Program-made: the position numbers and the translations under genes
The notes under the pieces: generated by a model
The model's input: the letters and a program-made list of their open reading frames with translations, nothing else
Told to the model about the DNA's origin: nothing
Database searches by the model: none
Shown here: positions 17,648 through 26,064 of the stretch, piece after piece
Position numbering within the stretch: the first letter of the stretch is position 1
How the letters are laid out: each line of letters begins with the position of its first letter
Source: Candidatus Micrarchaeota archaeon
Lineage (GTDB): Archaea; Micrarchaeota; Micrarchaeia; Micrarchaeales; Micrarchaeaceae
DNA: 49,158 nucleotides
Assembly (NCBI GenBank): GCA_021846635.1
Contig: JAJZWO010000001.1
Coordinates: 1 to 49,158 of the forward strand
Direction: 5' to 3'

Positions 17648-18699
17648 TTTTTCCGCTTTGATTTGTTTTGCGGCTTCTTTTTCCAGTACCTGAACGTATA
17701 GAAAAGGAATAGCATACCAACCAATACTCCGAACCATAGCGAGGCTATTCTCGTCATTATTGTTGCTGCAGAACTGTAAGCAGCTCCGAGCCCGAACGAG
17801 CTTCCGATTAGCGCCACAAGAGCACCGTCAGTAACCCCTATGTTGCCAGGAAGACTTGAAATCATGCCGAATATTTGCGATGTGGAGAAGATAAACACGC
17901 TTCCGGCAATGTGAAGCGCCCCTCCCAATGCCAATATCGAAAAGAGGAGCGCAAATGCATTAAACACCGCAGCAGGGACTGAGAGCGCTATCGAAACCCC
18001 GTATACTTTGTAGTTGTTCAGCTTGCTTTGCGATGCGAAATACTCGTCACCATACAGGGAGAACATCTCCAAAAATTTGCTCTTCTTCATCAATCTTCTT
18101 AGCAGATTGAAGAACCAGTCGTTGAGAAGGAAGGTGAAGGGCAGCACCAGCACTATGTCGATTATCAGGACATAAATGATGAGCTTGTTGAAGTAAATCG
18201 CAGATATTATGGCTATTATCGCCACGCCCAGGAAATCGGTGAATATGTCGAGCGTGACTATCGGTATTATGTTTGTAAATTTTACATCTGTCAGCCTGTT
18301 AAGGGTGTATGCCGCGAGCACCCTGCCTATCTTCCCCGGAGTTATGTTCATCGAGTACAGTGACATATACACCATGAAACTTTTTCTAAGGGGCACAGAA
18401 ATTTTCAATGTCCTAAGGTAATAACTCCATTTTATGAATCTGAGCATATACCCAAAGAATACGAACACGAACGCCAGACCGAAAAGCCATAAATCCGCAG
18501 ACGCTATTATCGCAACTACCTTATTTGCACCGCCAAGCCAAGCAATGACACCAAAAACTATGATGCTGAACACCAGCGAGACCGCTACGAAGCTCATCAC
18601 CCTGTTGACAAGTTTCTTGTATTCGGCCTCGCTCATGCTTTTGGCATGGGTTATGGTGTACCATATTGAAGCCTGCTTTTTTTTGGAAGATTTTTTCAC
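17608..18699 (-). CDS. Flippase-like / lysylphosphatidylglycerol-synthase-TM-domain family membrane protein
   Basis: 363 aa with about 8 TM helices and polybasic termini. It lies immediately downstream of a GT4 glycosyltransferase on the same strand. Confidence 0.45.
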   Translation of the reverse strand: MKKSSKKKQASIWYTITHAKSMSEAEYKKLVNRVMSFVAVSLVFSIIVFGVIAWLGGANKVVAIIASADLWLFGLAFVFVFFGYMLRFIKWSYYLRTLKISVPLRKSFMVYMSLYSMNITPGKIGRVLAAYTLNRLTDVKFTNIIPIVTLDIFTDFLGVAIIAIISAIYFNKLIIYVLIIDIVLVLPFTFLLNDWFFNLLRRLMKKSKFLEMFSLYGDEYFASQSKLNNYKVYGVSIALSVPAAVFNAFALLFSILALGGALHIAGSVFIFSTSQIFGMISSLPGNIGVTDGALVALIGSSFGLGAAYSSAATIMTRIASLWFGVLVGMLFLFYTFRYWKKKPQNKSKRKNQTSMSESSLSSE

Positions 18700-18703
18700 A
18701 AAA

Positions 18704-19855
18704 TCAATACTTCAAAATTTTTTGGAATGCGGTTTCGTAGTCCTTTGCTATTTTTTCCCAGTCGTGCTCCCTGCGTACGAAGTCTCTTACCTTTTTTACA
18801 TCATGCACAGTCCATCCTTCTGAAGAGAGCCTTTTCAAGGCCGAAACTATGCTGTTCCTGCTTCTGGGCTTTATGTAAATTGCATGCTCCTTGAGCATCT
18901 CAGGTATTCCTCCTACCTTCGAAGCTATTACTGGCACCCCAGAAGCAAGTGCCTCAAGCCCTGCCAATCCGGCAGGTTCGTAAAGCGACGGAAATACGAA
19001 TGCGTCCGCCGCATTGTAGTAATAAGGCAGGTTTTTCTCCTCAATATCCGAGAGCAACGAAACGTTGGCGTGAAGGCCGCGTCTATCCGCTTCAGATTGC
19101 AGCAGTCCCTTAAGCGGGCCTTTTCCTATCATGACGAGTTCTGAATCATCGTCGATAATCCCACGCGATACTGCATCTCCGAACGCCTCCAAGAGGTACA
19201 TCTGGCCCTTTTGCTGCACAAATCTTGCGGTGTTGAGTATTACTCTTGCGTCTCTATCCATGCCGAGCCTTTCTCTTGAAAGTTTCTTCCCTCTGGGCTT
19301 GAATTCATTATAATCGACGCCGTTAAGTATAACCTTGGTCCTGTGCAAATGCTTCCTCGGCACTGTCGTTCTGGCCGCGTCCTTTGAAACTGCGGTTATC
19401 AGGTCAGACATTCCTATAAGCCTGCTGCCCCACGTTTTGTCGAATATTAATCCGCCGCTATCTGTAAACTTATCTATGTTCTTTGGCAGCGAATTATGTA
19501 TTGTTATTGCAAGTTTTGCATTTATGCTGCGTACTGCCTTTACTTCTCCTAAAAAGTACTGATACCTGTTGTTGATGTGATATATGTCAGCGCCAACCCT
19601 CTTTATCTCTTCGGTTATCCCATTCATTTTGAGAAATGGCATCGGCAGACCCTGTATGTCAAGGTATCTGGTGTTTAGCCTTACTACTTTTATCCCATTT
19701 ACGTTGTCAACCTTCCTCTTTTGATTCTTTTTCAGTGATGCGCTTATCACTGTAATGTTGTGCTTTTTTGCCAGTTGCGTATAAAGGCTGTAAAGAACGC
19801 GCTCTGTGCCCCCGTTATAAGGGTAAAAGAAAGGGTTGAGCACGCATATGTCCAT
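18704..19855 (-). CDS. Glycosyltransferase family 4 (GT-B fold)
   Basis: 383 aa with the C-terminal signature FVFPSLYEPAGLAGLEALASGVPVIASKVGGIPE. Confidence 0.8.
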   Translation of the reverse strand: MDICVLNPFFYPYNGGTERVLYSLYTQLAKKHNITVISASLKKNQKRKVDNVNGIKVVRLNTRYLDIQGLPMPFLKMNGITEEIKRVGADIYHINNRYQYFLGEVKAVRSINAKLAITIHNSLPKNIDKFTDSGGLIFDKTWGSRLIGMSDLITAVSKDAARTTVPRKHLHRTKVILNGVDYNEFKPRGKKLSRERLGMDRDARVILNTARFVQQKGQMYLLEAFGDAVSRGIIDDDSELVMIGKGPLKGLLQSEADRRGLHANVSLLSDIEEKNLPYYYNAADAFVFPSLYEPAGLAGLEALASGVPVIASKVGGIPEMLKEHAIYIKPRSRNSIVSALKRLSSEGWTVHDVKKVRDFVRREHDWEKIAKDYETAFQKILKY

Positions 19856-19868
19856 CTGTACACCGCAC

Positions 19869-20696
19869 TTAGCTTTGTTCTGAAAGCAGTACCTTTATGT
19901 ATGGCTGATCGCATACGCTTGCAGGCTTGAATCCTGTAGCCTCGCAAATATTTGCAGTATAAAGGTTTGCAGCTCCTATTACGTTGAGCGATGGCACCGA
20001 ACTCGTATCGTTAAGATTGGAGATTATTTGGCTCCAGCTATACTTCGTTAGCAACCCCCCTATTATAGGACTTCCGATCATAACGGAGCTGTTTGCGATA
20101 TCAACAAAAGGTATGCTGCCTCCGTTGTCGTACTTCGACAACAGTTTTTTCTGCAACGCGTTTGGGGTTTGCAGCGATGGATAAGTATTCAACGAAGCGT
20201 TAAACTTGTTGGTCGTAAGCTCCACCTCCTGGAAGTTCAGGAGGCTGCTAGAATAGCTAGAGTTGTAAAAAGTGAATGTCGGCGTATTTGGATAGACGTC
20301 CGAAGCGCTGGAAGTCATGTAGTGCAGTGTTGTAAAGTTGCCGAAACGCATAAGTGCGAGCACTATCCCCCATCTTGCTTCTGCGCAGAAAGGACAAAAA
20401 TCAGCACCTATATAAAGGAACGTAGGCGTTCCGTTCGTTATAAACGCGGTTGTATTCTTCTCCGTTGTCATGAATCCAGCTATTGTTCCAGACCCTACCT
20501 TGTTTGCGAGCGATTCGTTATTCGCTATTGTATGAAGCTCTGAAAGAGTCTGTGTGCTAAGCTGCACATTGTCAAGGCTAGCAGAAGCGGCGCTCGTCGA
20601 GCTGCTGTCATTAAGAACTACGAGAACCACCGCAATTATTATCACTGCAGCTATCCCGATATACATGTACTTATTATTTTTTGCCAATTCTATCAC
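19869..20696 (-). CDS. DUF929-family secreted/anchored thioredoxin-like protein
   Basis: 275 aa with an N-terminal TM/signal anchor. The motif GADFCPFCAEARWGIVLALMRFG is typical of DUF929. Confidence 0.55.
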   Translation of the reverse strand: MIELAKNNKYMYIGIAAVIIIAVVLVVLNDSSSTSAASASLDNVQLSTQTLSELHTIANNESLANKVGSGTIAGFMTTEKNTTAFITNGTPTFLYIGADFCPFCAEARWGIVLALMRFGNFTTLHYMTSSASDVYPNTPTFTFYNSSYSSSLLNFQEVELTTNKFNASLNTYPSLQTPNALQKKLLSKYDNGGSIPFVDIANSSVMIGSPIIGGLLTKYSWSQIISNLNDTSSVPSLNVIGAANLYTANICEATGFKPASVCDQPYIKVLLSEQS

Positions 20697-21274
20697 TTTA
20701 TAGCAATCTTAGGAAATATCTTACTAACTAGATTGTTAAAGAACTTATTAATCCGTTTTGCATATATGGATAACATGTAGTAAAGCACTATGCTGAGCAC
20801 TACTCCTGCTATCACATCCGTGAAATAGTGTACTCCAAGGTAAATTCTCCCGAAAAGTATGAACAGAAGCCATACCACATACGCAATCCTGAGATATTTG
20901 TAGCCTTTAAGGAAGAACGCCAGGCCAGTAAGCACAGAAGCGTGGTTGCTCGGGAATGAGAAGGTAGATTCACAGCCTACATTGTTGATCCAGCTCAACT
21001 CGCTGACGTTGCAGGGCCTAGGCTCTCTTACTATGTTCTTTATTACGTCAGATACAACATAAAATACGATTCCTGCAACCACAAAGCTGTATGCGTTCAT
21101 ATCCTTCTTGTAGAAGTACATGTAAAGTACTATTGCAGGAAGTACGATGAAAAAGCTTTTAGCCAGCAGCGCCATGACATAATTAAGGCCCGGGCTCGCA
21201 AGGCTATCAGCGAGCTTGAACGCCTCTATGTTTATGCCTATATTGTAAGGCTGCAAGAATAATAGCCCTATCAT
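20693..21274 (-). CDS. PAP2-family phosphatase (polyprenyl/phosphatidic acid phosphatase type)
   Basis: 193 aa, multi-TM. PAP2 motifs are KNIVREPRP, PSNHAS and GVHYFTDVIAG. Confidence 0.8.
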   Translation of the reverse strand: MIGLLFLQPYNIGINIEAFKLADSLASPGLNYVMALLAKSFFIVLPAIVLYMYFYKKDMNAYSFVVAGIVFYVVSDVIKNIVREPRPCNVSELSWINNVGCESTFSFPSNHASVLTGLAFFLKGYKYLRIAYVVWLLFILFGRIYLGVHYFTDVIAGVVLSIVLYYMLSIYAKRINKFFNNLVSKIFPKIAIK

Positions 21275-21287
21275 TAACTGTCCCCAT

Positions 21288-21800
21288 TCACTTTTTCATA
21301 AAGGTGCTTATATAATATAGTACGCCAGCAATCGTCTTGTTATCTTTTATGTAGTTTCTTTCCACCATGTCTCTTAACGCATCGAACTTTACTGCGGTGA
21401 ACGATGACATTCCATCCCTCCTCGTGGTTTTAATTGCTTTTTTCTCCTTTGCTATATAAAAATAATCCTTTTGGGTTGTTATGTAAGGGTTCATGAACGT
21501 TTTCATCATCAATGTGTAATTGCCGAACACATAGCCTGTTTGCTCCTTTATTATGCGTTTTGCAGCCTCAACCGGAGTTTCCCCATCACGCAGTAAACCA
21601 AAAGGCAGCTCTACAGTCATCCTCTTCAATACTGGTCTGTATCTTTTCTCAATAAGGAGCGATTCGTTATCGGGCATAGCCAGTATGGTAACTGCATCCG
21701 GTGCTTTGACCCTTTCGAAGCCCATCATTTTCCTGCCTATGGGCACTTCTATGCGTTCAACTGAAAATTTATGATTTCTGTAAATGACAGTGTCTGCCAT
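21288..21800 (-). CDS. NUDIX hydrolase (ADP-ribose pyrophosphatase-like)
   Basis: 170 aa with a degenerate Nudix box: GLLRDGETPVEAAKRIIKEQTGY. Confidence 0.55.
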   Translation of the reverse strand: MADTVIYRNHKFSVERIEVPIGRKMMGFERVKAPDAVTILAMPDNESLLIEKRYRPVLKRMTVELPFGLLRDGETPVEAAKRIIKEQTGYVFGNYTLMMKTFMNPYITTQKDYFYIAKEKKAIKTTRRDGMSSFTAVKFDALRDMVERNYIKDNKTIAGVLYYISTFMKK

Positions 21801-21831
21801 AACCCTAACCTGTCCAACTTCTTTTCTAACC

Positions 21832-21839
21832 TTTAAATA
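21832..21839 (+). promoter_or_regulatory. Candidate TATA box for tRNA-Trp
   Basis: TTTAAATA is centred about 32 nt upstream of the mature tRNA 5' end. That is consistent with an archaeal TATA about 26 nt upstream of a start site plus a short leader. Confidence 0.4.
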
Positions 21840-21867
21840 CTTTTCTTAAGAACTATTACGAGAATGC

Positions 21868-22002
21868 GGGGCTGTAGCGTAACCTGGCAGCGCAGCTGGC
21901 TCCAGATGTTTAAAATTTATTGAGCCTACGGCGATGATGAGGATCTGGAATTCAGAAACATGAAGTAACCAGCTGATCCGGGTCCAAATCCCGGCGGCCC
22001 CA
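21868..22002 (+). tRNA. tRNA-Trp (anticodon CCA) with a ~62-nt intron at the canonical 37/38 position
   Basis: Folded by hand. Acceptor GGGGCUG/CGGCCCC. D-stem GCGU/GCGC. Anticodon stem GCUGG (21895-21899)/CCAGC (21969-21973). Anticodon loop CU-CCA-GA. T-arm CCGGG-UCCAAAU-CCCGG. Discriminator A. CCA is not encoded. Confidence 0.85.
21906..21967 (+). ncRNA. tRNA-Trp intron carrying a box C/D-type guide element
   Basis: C box AUGAUGA at 21934-21940, a 12-nt spacer, then D'-like CAGA at 21953-21956. The spacer is complementary to the anticodon loop. See findings. Confidence 0.55.
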
Positions 22003-22050
22003 AATTCCGTTAAGCGCAATATTATAAGTATTGCCTATGAATTCTTAGTT

Positions 22051-23208
22051 ATGGAGATACTGATAGCGTTGCTTCTTCTTCTCTCCTTCTCAATACTTTT
22101 GGGAAAGCTATTTGAGCGCATAGGCGTTACAGAAATAGTTGGCCAGATTCTTGCAGGCGTGATATTGGGTCCAAGTTTTCTTGGCTTTGTCATGCCATCA
22201 ACGGTATTGTCCGGGATAGCCGAGGTAGCAATATTCTTCATACTGCTTTTCATAGGAATACAGATAACTACAGAAGTCCTTACCAATCACCTGAAAAGTG
22301 CGTCCTATTTCACGCTTTCATCTTTCATCATACCCTCTTTCGCAATGGCGTTTCTTGGAATATACATATTCAATGTGCCATCATCTGCTGCAATTACCGC
22401 ATCAATAGCTCTCGGCGTGCCATCAATATCCATAGTTTCAGTACTTGTGTACCGTCATTCTATCATAGATCAGGAGGACGGGCTAAGGCTGCTTTCCGGA
22501 GTTATATCCGCAGATATAGTGGCGTTCGTGATATTCGCAGTTATGCTGCATAGACTAAGCCCACTTATAACAGTGGCAAGCCTTGCAGTATTTCTTGCAA
22601 TCCTACTGGTAATAGACTACGAGACTAAACGTCATGGCAAGAGCTTAAGGAAAATATTCTCCAATCTAGTAAAGAGGAGGGCAGAAGAGACGCTTTTCGC
22701 ACTTGTCATATTGATGGGTTTGGTGGTATCCGCAATATTCCAGATAATAGGCATAACTTATGTCCTTGGTGCGCTATTTGCTGGCATGCTAATACACAAG
22801 ACAACTGTCGGCGTGCGCCCGTCTAAGATGCTAAGCAACACCTTCAGGCGCCTTAACGATAGCTTCTTCATACCTCTCTTCTTTAGCATAGCTGGGCTTT
22901 CCTTCACGTTTCCATCAATAGAATATGATGACCTCTTAATTTCCATGGTTCTAGTTGCAATATGCGTAGGCGGTACGTTAAACTATATTGCCGCAAACGA
23001 CAGGTTTACCAAACTGCAGTCCAAAGATGCCGTAGGCATTTTAGGTAGCAGGGGAGCAGTAGGCATAATAATCGCATCTTTGGCTCTCCAATACGGCATA
23101 ATATCGAACCAGCTCTACACTGTGGTTCTGGTGGGCACCATAACACTATCAATAATAATGCCGCTCGCTCTCACCAAAAAAAGCGAAAGGCGAGCAATAG
23201 ATGAATGA
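22051..23208 (+). CDS. Cation:proton antiporter (CPA1/CPA2, Na+/H+ exchanger family)
   Basis: 385 aa with about 11 TM helices. The N-terminus LLLLSFSILLGKLFERIGVTEIVGQILAGVILGPS is typical of Kef/NapA-type antiporters. Confidence 0.7.
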   Translation: MEILIALLLLLSFSILLGKLFERIGVTEIVGQILAGVILGPSFLGFVMPSTVLSGIAEVAIFFILLFIGIQITTEVLTNHLKSASYFTLSSFIIPSFAMAFLGIYIFNVPSSAAITASIALGVPSISIVSVLVYRHSIIDQEDGLRLLSGVISADIVAFVIFAVMLHRLSPLITVASLAVFLAILLVIDYETKRHGKSLRKIFSNLVKRRAEETLFALVILMGLVVSAIFQIIGITYVLGALFAGMLIHKTTVGVRPSKMLSNTFRRLNDSFFIPLFFSIAGLSFTFPSIEYDDLLISMVLVAICVGGTLNYIAANDRFTKLQSKDAVGILGSRGAVGIIIASLALQYGIISNQLYTVVLVGTITLSIIMPLALTKKSERRAIDE

Positions 23209-23281
23209 CTCAAAAAAAAAAAACAAGAATCTTATAAATATAGCTTTCGGTCTGATTTAAATTATTTCCTTTAAAAAATAA

Positions 23282-25120
23282 ATGGGGTTAGTGGTGCCGG
23301 CTAGAAGTTCATATGATATAGAAGAGCAGAAGCGCGAACAGAAATACGGCAAATCCTACAAGTGGATAGCGCTTTCAAATACCACGCTAGGCGCGCTCAT
23401 GGCCTCAATAAATGCATCAATACTAATCATATCGCTTCCTGCAATATTCAAGGGCTTAAACGTCAATCCGATAGATCCGTCAAGCACTGTCCTGCTTTTG
23501 TGGCTGCTCCTAGGCTACAGCATAGTGTCTGCCGTTGCAGTCGTTTCTGTAGGCAGGCTTTCCGATATGTACGGCAGGGTAAGGCTATACAACCTCGGGT
23601 TTGCGGTATTTACTATAGGCTCAATAGGGCTATATGTTTCATCACTGTATATAACTGGCACGGTGGGCGCGCTTTCCTTGATATTTATAAGAATCCTACA
23701 AGGCCTCGGCGGAGCATTCCTTTTTGCAAACAGTGCAGCTATACTTACAGACGCATTTCCTTCCAATGAAAGAGGGAAAGCCCTAGGATTCAACCAGATA
23801 GCAGCGGTTGGTGGGTCTGTTCTCGGTTTCATAATAGGGGGGTTGCTCGCCGGAATTGACTGGCACCTTGTTTTCCTGATAAACGTGCCTTTCGGGATCA
23901 TAGGAACTGTTTGGGCCTACGTCGCGCTGCATGAAATTGCAAGCATAAAGAAAAACCAGAAATTTGACGTACTAGGAAATGCGACGTTCGCGATTGCACT
24001 AATACTGCTTCTAGTTGGCATAACGTACGGTCTCCTCCCATACGGCTCCAGCACTACCGGATGGTCCAACCCGTTCGTTCTCGGCTCCATAATAGTTAGC
24101 ATAATACTTTTTGTCTCATTCGTTATAATAGAACTCCGGACTCTGGAACCAATGATGAAGCTCAGCCTGTTCAAGATAAGAGCTTTCACGTTCGGCAACC
24201 TAAGCCTTGCATTGGCAGGTCTTTCCAGAGGCGGGTTGCAGTTCATGCTGATAATATGGCTACAGGGCATATGGCTGCCGCTCCATGGTGTTTCATTCAG
24301 CAATACTCCCTTTGAGGCAGCAATAGACCTTATACCTTTTGCTGTGGGTTTTCTGATATCCGGGCCATTATTCGGATACCTTTCTGACAAGAAGGGTGCA
24401 AGACTTTTCACCACATCCGGGATGCTAATAAACGTAGCGGCATTCTTGCTTCTTTTAACCCTGCCAGCAGATTTCGATTTCGTTTCATTTGCGCTAATAA
24501 CAATATTCTTCGGCATAGGTCAAGGCATGTTCTCTGCCCCAAACACCGCAGCAATAATGAATGCAGTACCTCCAAATACGAGAGGCGCAGTTTCAGGCAT
24601 ACGATCGACATTCCTAAATACGTCATTCATGCTTAGCCTTGTCCTGTTTTTCACCATCCTAATAGCCACATTCGGGCACGAACTTCCTCCCGCAATAACG
24701 TCTAGCCTAACAGCACTAAATGTTTCACAAAATGTAACAGCATCAATATCAAATATACCTCCTACCGGTATACTATTCTCTGCGCTTTTGGGATATAACC
24801 CCATAAAAAGCGTGATACCGCCTAAAGATGTTCCGATACTCGGCGCAAAAATCTATTCAGAACTCACAAGCAAGCAATTCTTTCCCAAGCTCATATCAAA
24901 GCCATTCATCGATTCAATGCGCGTAGTTTTCTACATAGGTGCAGCAATGGCATTTGTAGCCGCTCTCTTTTCCGCATTGCGCGGCAAACGCTACGTATAT
25001 GCTGGCATAAACGAAAAAACCAAAAAAGCAAAGCCGGGCATAAAGAAAAACAGCCAAAGCAAGAAGGCAGGAAAGCAATCATCGCAAAAAAGGGAAAAAA
25101 CCGGGCAATTAAAAAGCTAA
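23282..25120 (+). CDS. MFS transporter, DHA2 (14-TMS, EmrB/QacA-like) family, with lysine-rich C-terminal tail
   Basis: 612 aa with about 14 TM helices. MFS motif A-like GRLSDMYGRVR. The tail is KTKKAKPGIKKNSQSKKAGKQSSQKREK. Confidence 0.75.
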   Translation: MGLVVPARSSYDIEEQKREQKYGKSYKWIALSNTTLGALMASINASILIISLPAIFKGLNVNPIDPSSTVLLLWLLLGYSIVSAVAVVSVGRLSDMYGRVRLYNLGFAVFTIGSIGLYVSSLYITGTVGALSLIFIRILQGLGGAFLFANSAAILTDAFPSNERGKALGFNQIAAVGGSVLGFIIGGLLAGIDWHLVFLINVPFGIIGTVWAYVALHEIASIKKNQKFDVLGNATFAIALILLLVGITYGLLPYGSSTTGWSNPFVLGSIIVSIILFVSFVIIELRTLEPMMKLSLFKIRAFTFGNLSLALAGLSRGGLQFMLIIWLQGIWLPLHGVSFSNTPFEAAIDLIPFAVGFLISGPLFGYLSDKKGARLFTTSGMLINVAAFLLLLTLPADFDFVSFALITIFFGIGQGMFSAPNTAAIMNAVPPNTRGAVSGIRSTFLNTSFMLSLVLFFTILIATFGHELPPAITSSLTALNVSQNVTASISNIPPTGILFSALLGYNPIKSVIPPKDVPILGAKIYSELTSKQFFPKLISKPFIDSMRVVFYIGAAMAFVAALFSALRGKRYVYAGINEKTKKAKPGIKKNSQSKKAGKQSSQKREKTGQLKS

Positions 25121-25145
25121 ATACCTGTCTGCAGTTCTTATAAAC

Positions 25146-26018
25146 ATGGATGAAGCAAAGCCAGGCATTGTTTCTGATCTAGCCGAGCGTATATTTGCAG
25201 GAAGATGGATAGCAGGGCCTTGTGTAAAAGACGCAATGAATGTCGCTTTGCGTTTTAACGCTAATGGCATTGGCGCAATAATAAACTACCTGGGCGAAGC
25301 GCTTTCCGAAAAGAAAGACATCTCCTATACACTAGACATCTATTCCTCACTGATCCGGAACATAAGCTCCAATTCTGCAAATTCGCAAATATCTATAAAG
25401 CCAACCCAGATAGGTTTGGACATTTCGTATCAGTATGCAAAGAAGAATTATCTCAAGCTGACAAGGGCAGCGTGCAAAAAAGGCGTGTTTGTATGGCTTG
25501 ATATGGAAGAGTCCTCCAAGGTTGATGATACGATCCGGCTCTACTATTCCGCGCTGAAGCTCGGCAACGCAGGAATATGCATACAATCCTACTTGCGCAG
25601 GAGCGCGAGAGATATAACTAGAATAGCAGCAAGCGGAGGCATCATAAGACTGGTAAAGGGAGCATATACAGAACCTGAAGAGGTTGCTTATGGCGATAGA
25701 GCCGAAGTCACCCGGAACTACTACCGTCTTATGCAGATAATGTTCAAGAGCTCGAGCAAGTTTATGATAGCTACGCATGACATGCCGATAATAAAAAGGG
25801 CATTAGTCCTGAATAAGAAATACCATCGTGAAATAGAATTTGCGATGCTCAACGGGATACGAAACATGGACGCGTTGTCTCTGGCAAGAGAAGGCAACGA
25901 TGTGCGCATATACATACCGTTCGGGCCCTCGTGGTTTAAGTATTCGGTTAGGCGCTTAAGAGAAGCAGGCCACGCTTCGCTTATAGCACGTTCGCTCTTT
26001 AGCAGGCAAAGGATATAA
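25146..26018 (+). CDS. Proline dehydrogenase (monofunctional PutA-like TIM-barrel)
   Basis: 290 aa. Motifs are RLVKGAYTEP, ATHD, EFAMLNG and YIPFGPSWFKYSVRRLRE. Confidence 0.7.
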   Translation: MDEAKPGIVSDLAERIFAGRWIAGPCVKDAMNVALRFNANGIGAIINYLGEALSEKKDISYTLDIYSSLIRNISSNSANSQISIKPTQIGLDISYQYAKKNYLKLTRAACKKGVFVWLDMEESSKVDDTIRLYYSALKLGNAGICIQSYLRRSARDITRIAASGGIIRLVKGAYTEPEEVAYGDRAEVTRNYYRLMQIMFKSSSKFMIATHDMPIIKRALVLNKKYHREIEFAMLNGIRNMDALSLAREGNDVRIYIPFGPSWFKYSVRRLREAGHASLIARSLFSRQRI

Positions 26019-26064
26019 CCTTTATTAAGGATTATTCAAAAGATAATAGTCATGGTTGATATTC

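Noticed and set aside
21960-21976. A possible second (D-box) guide in the tRNA-Trp intron: C'-like AUGAAGU followed by CUGA at 21973-21976.
   Set aside because: Only 6 nt separate the two boxes, where about 12 are needed. The CUGA lies inside the 3' exon, across the anticodon stem and variable region. The 6-nt spacer has no complement around position 39. I therefore claim only the C/D' guide.
23212-23223. A 12-nt poly-A run just after the antiporter stop codon, considered as a terminator.
   Set aside because: Archaeal terminators are oligo-T on the transcribed sense strand. Here the sense strand shows oligo-A, and there is no minus-strand gene whose 3' end it could serve. I treated it as a simple homopolymer in an A/T-rich spacer that also holds the MFS transporter's TATA-like CTTATAAATATAG.
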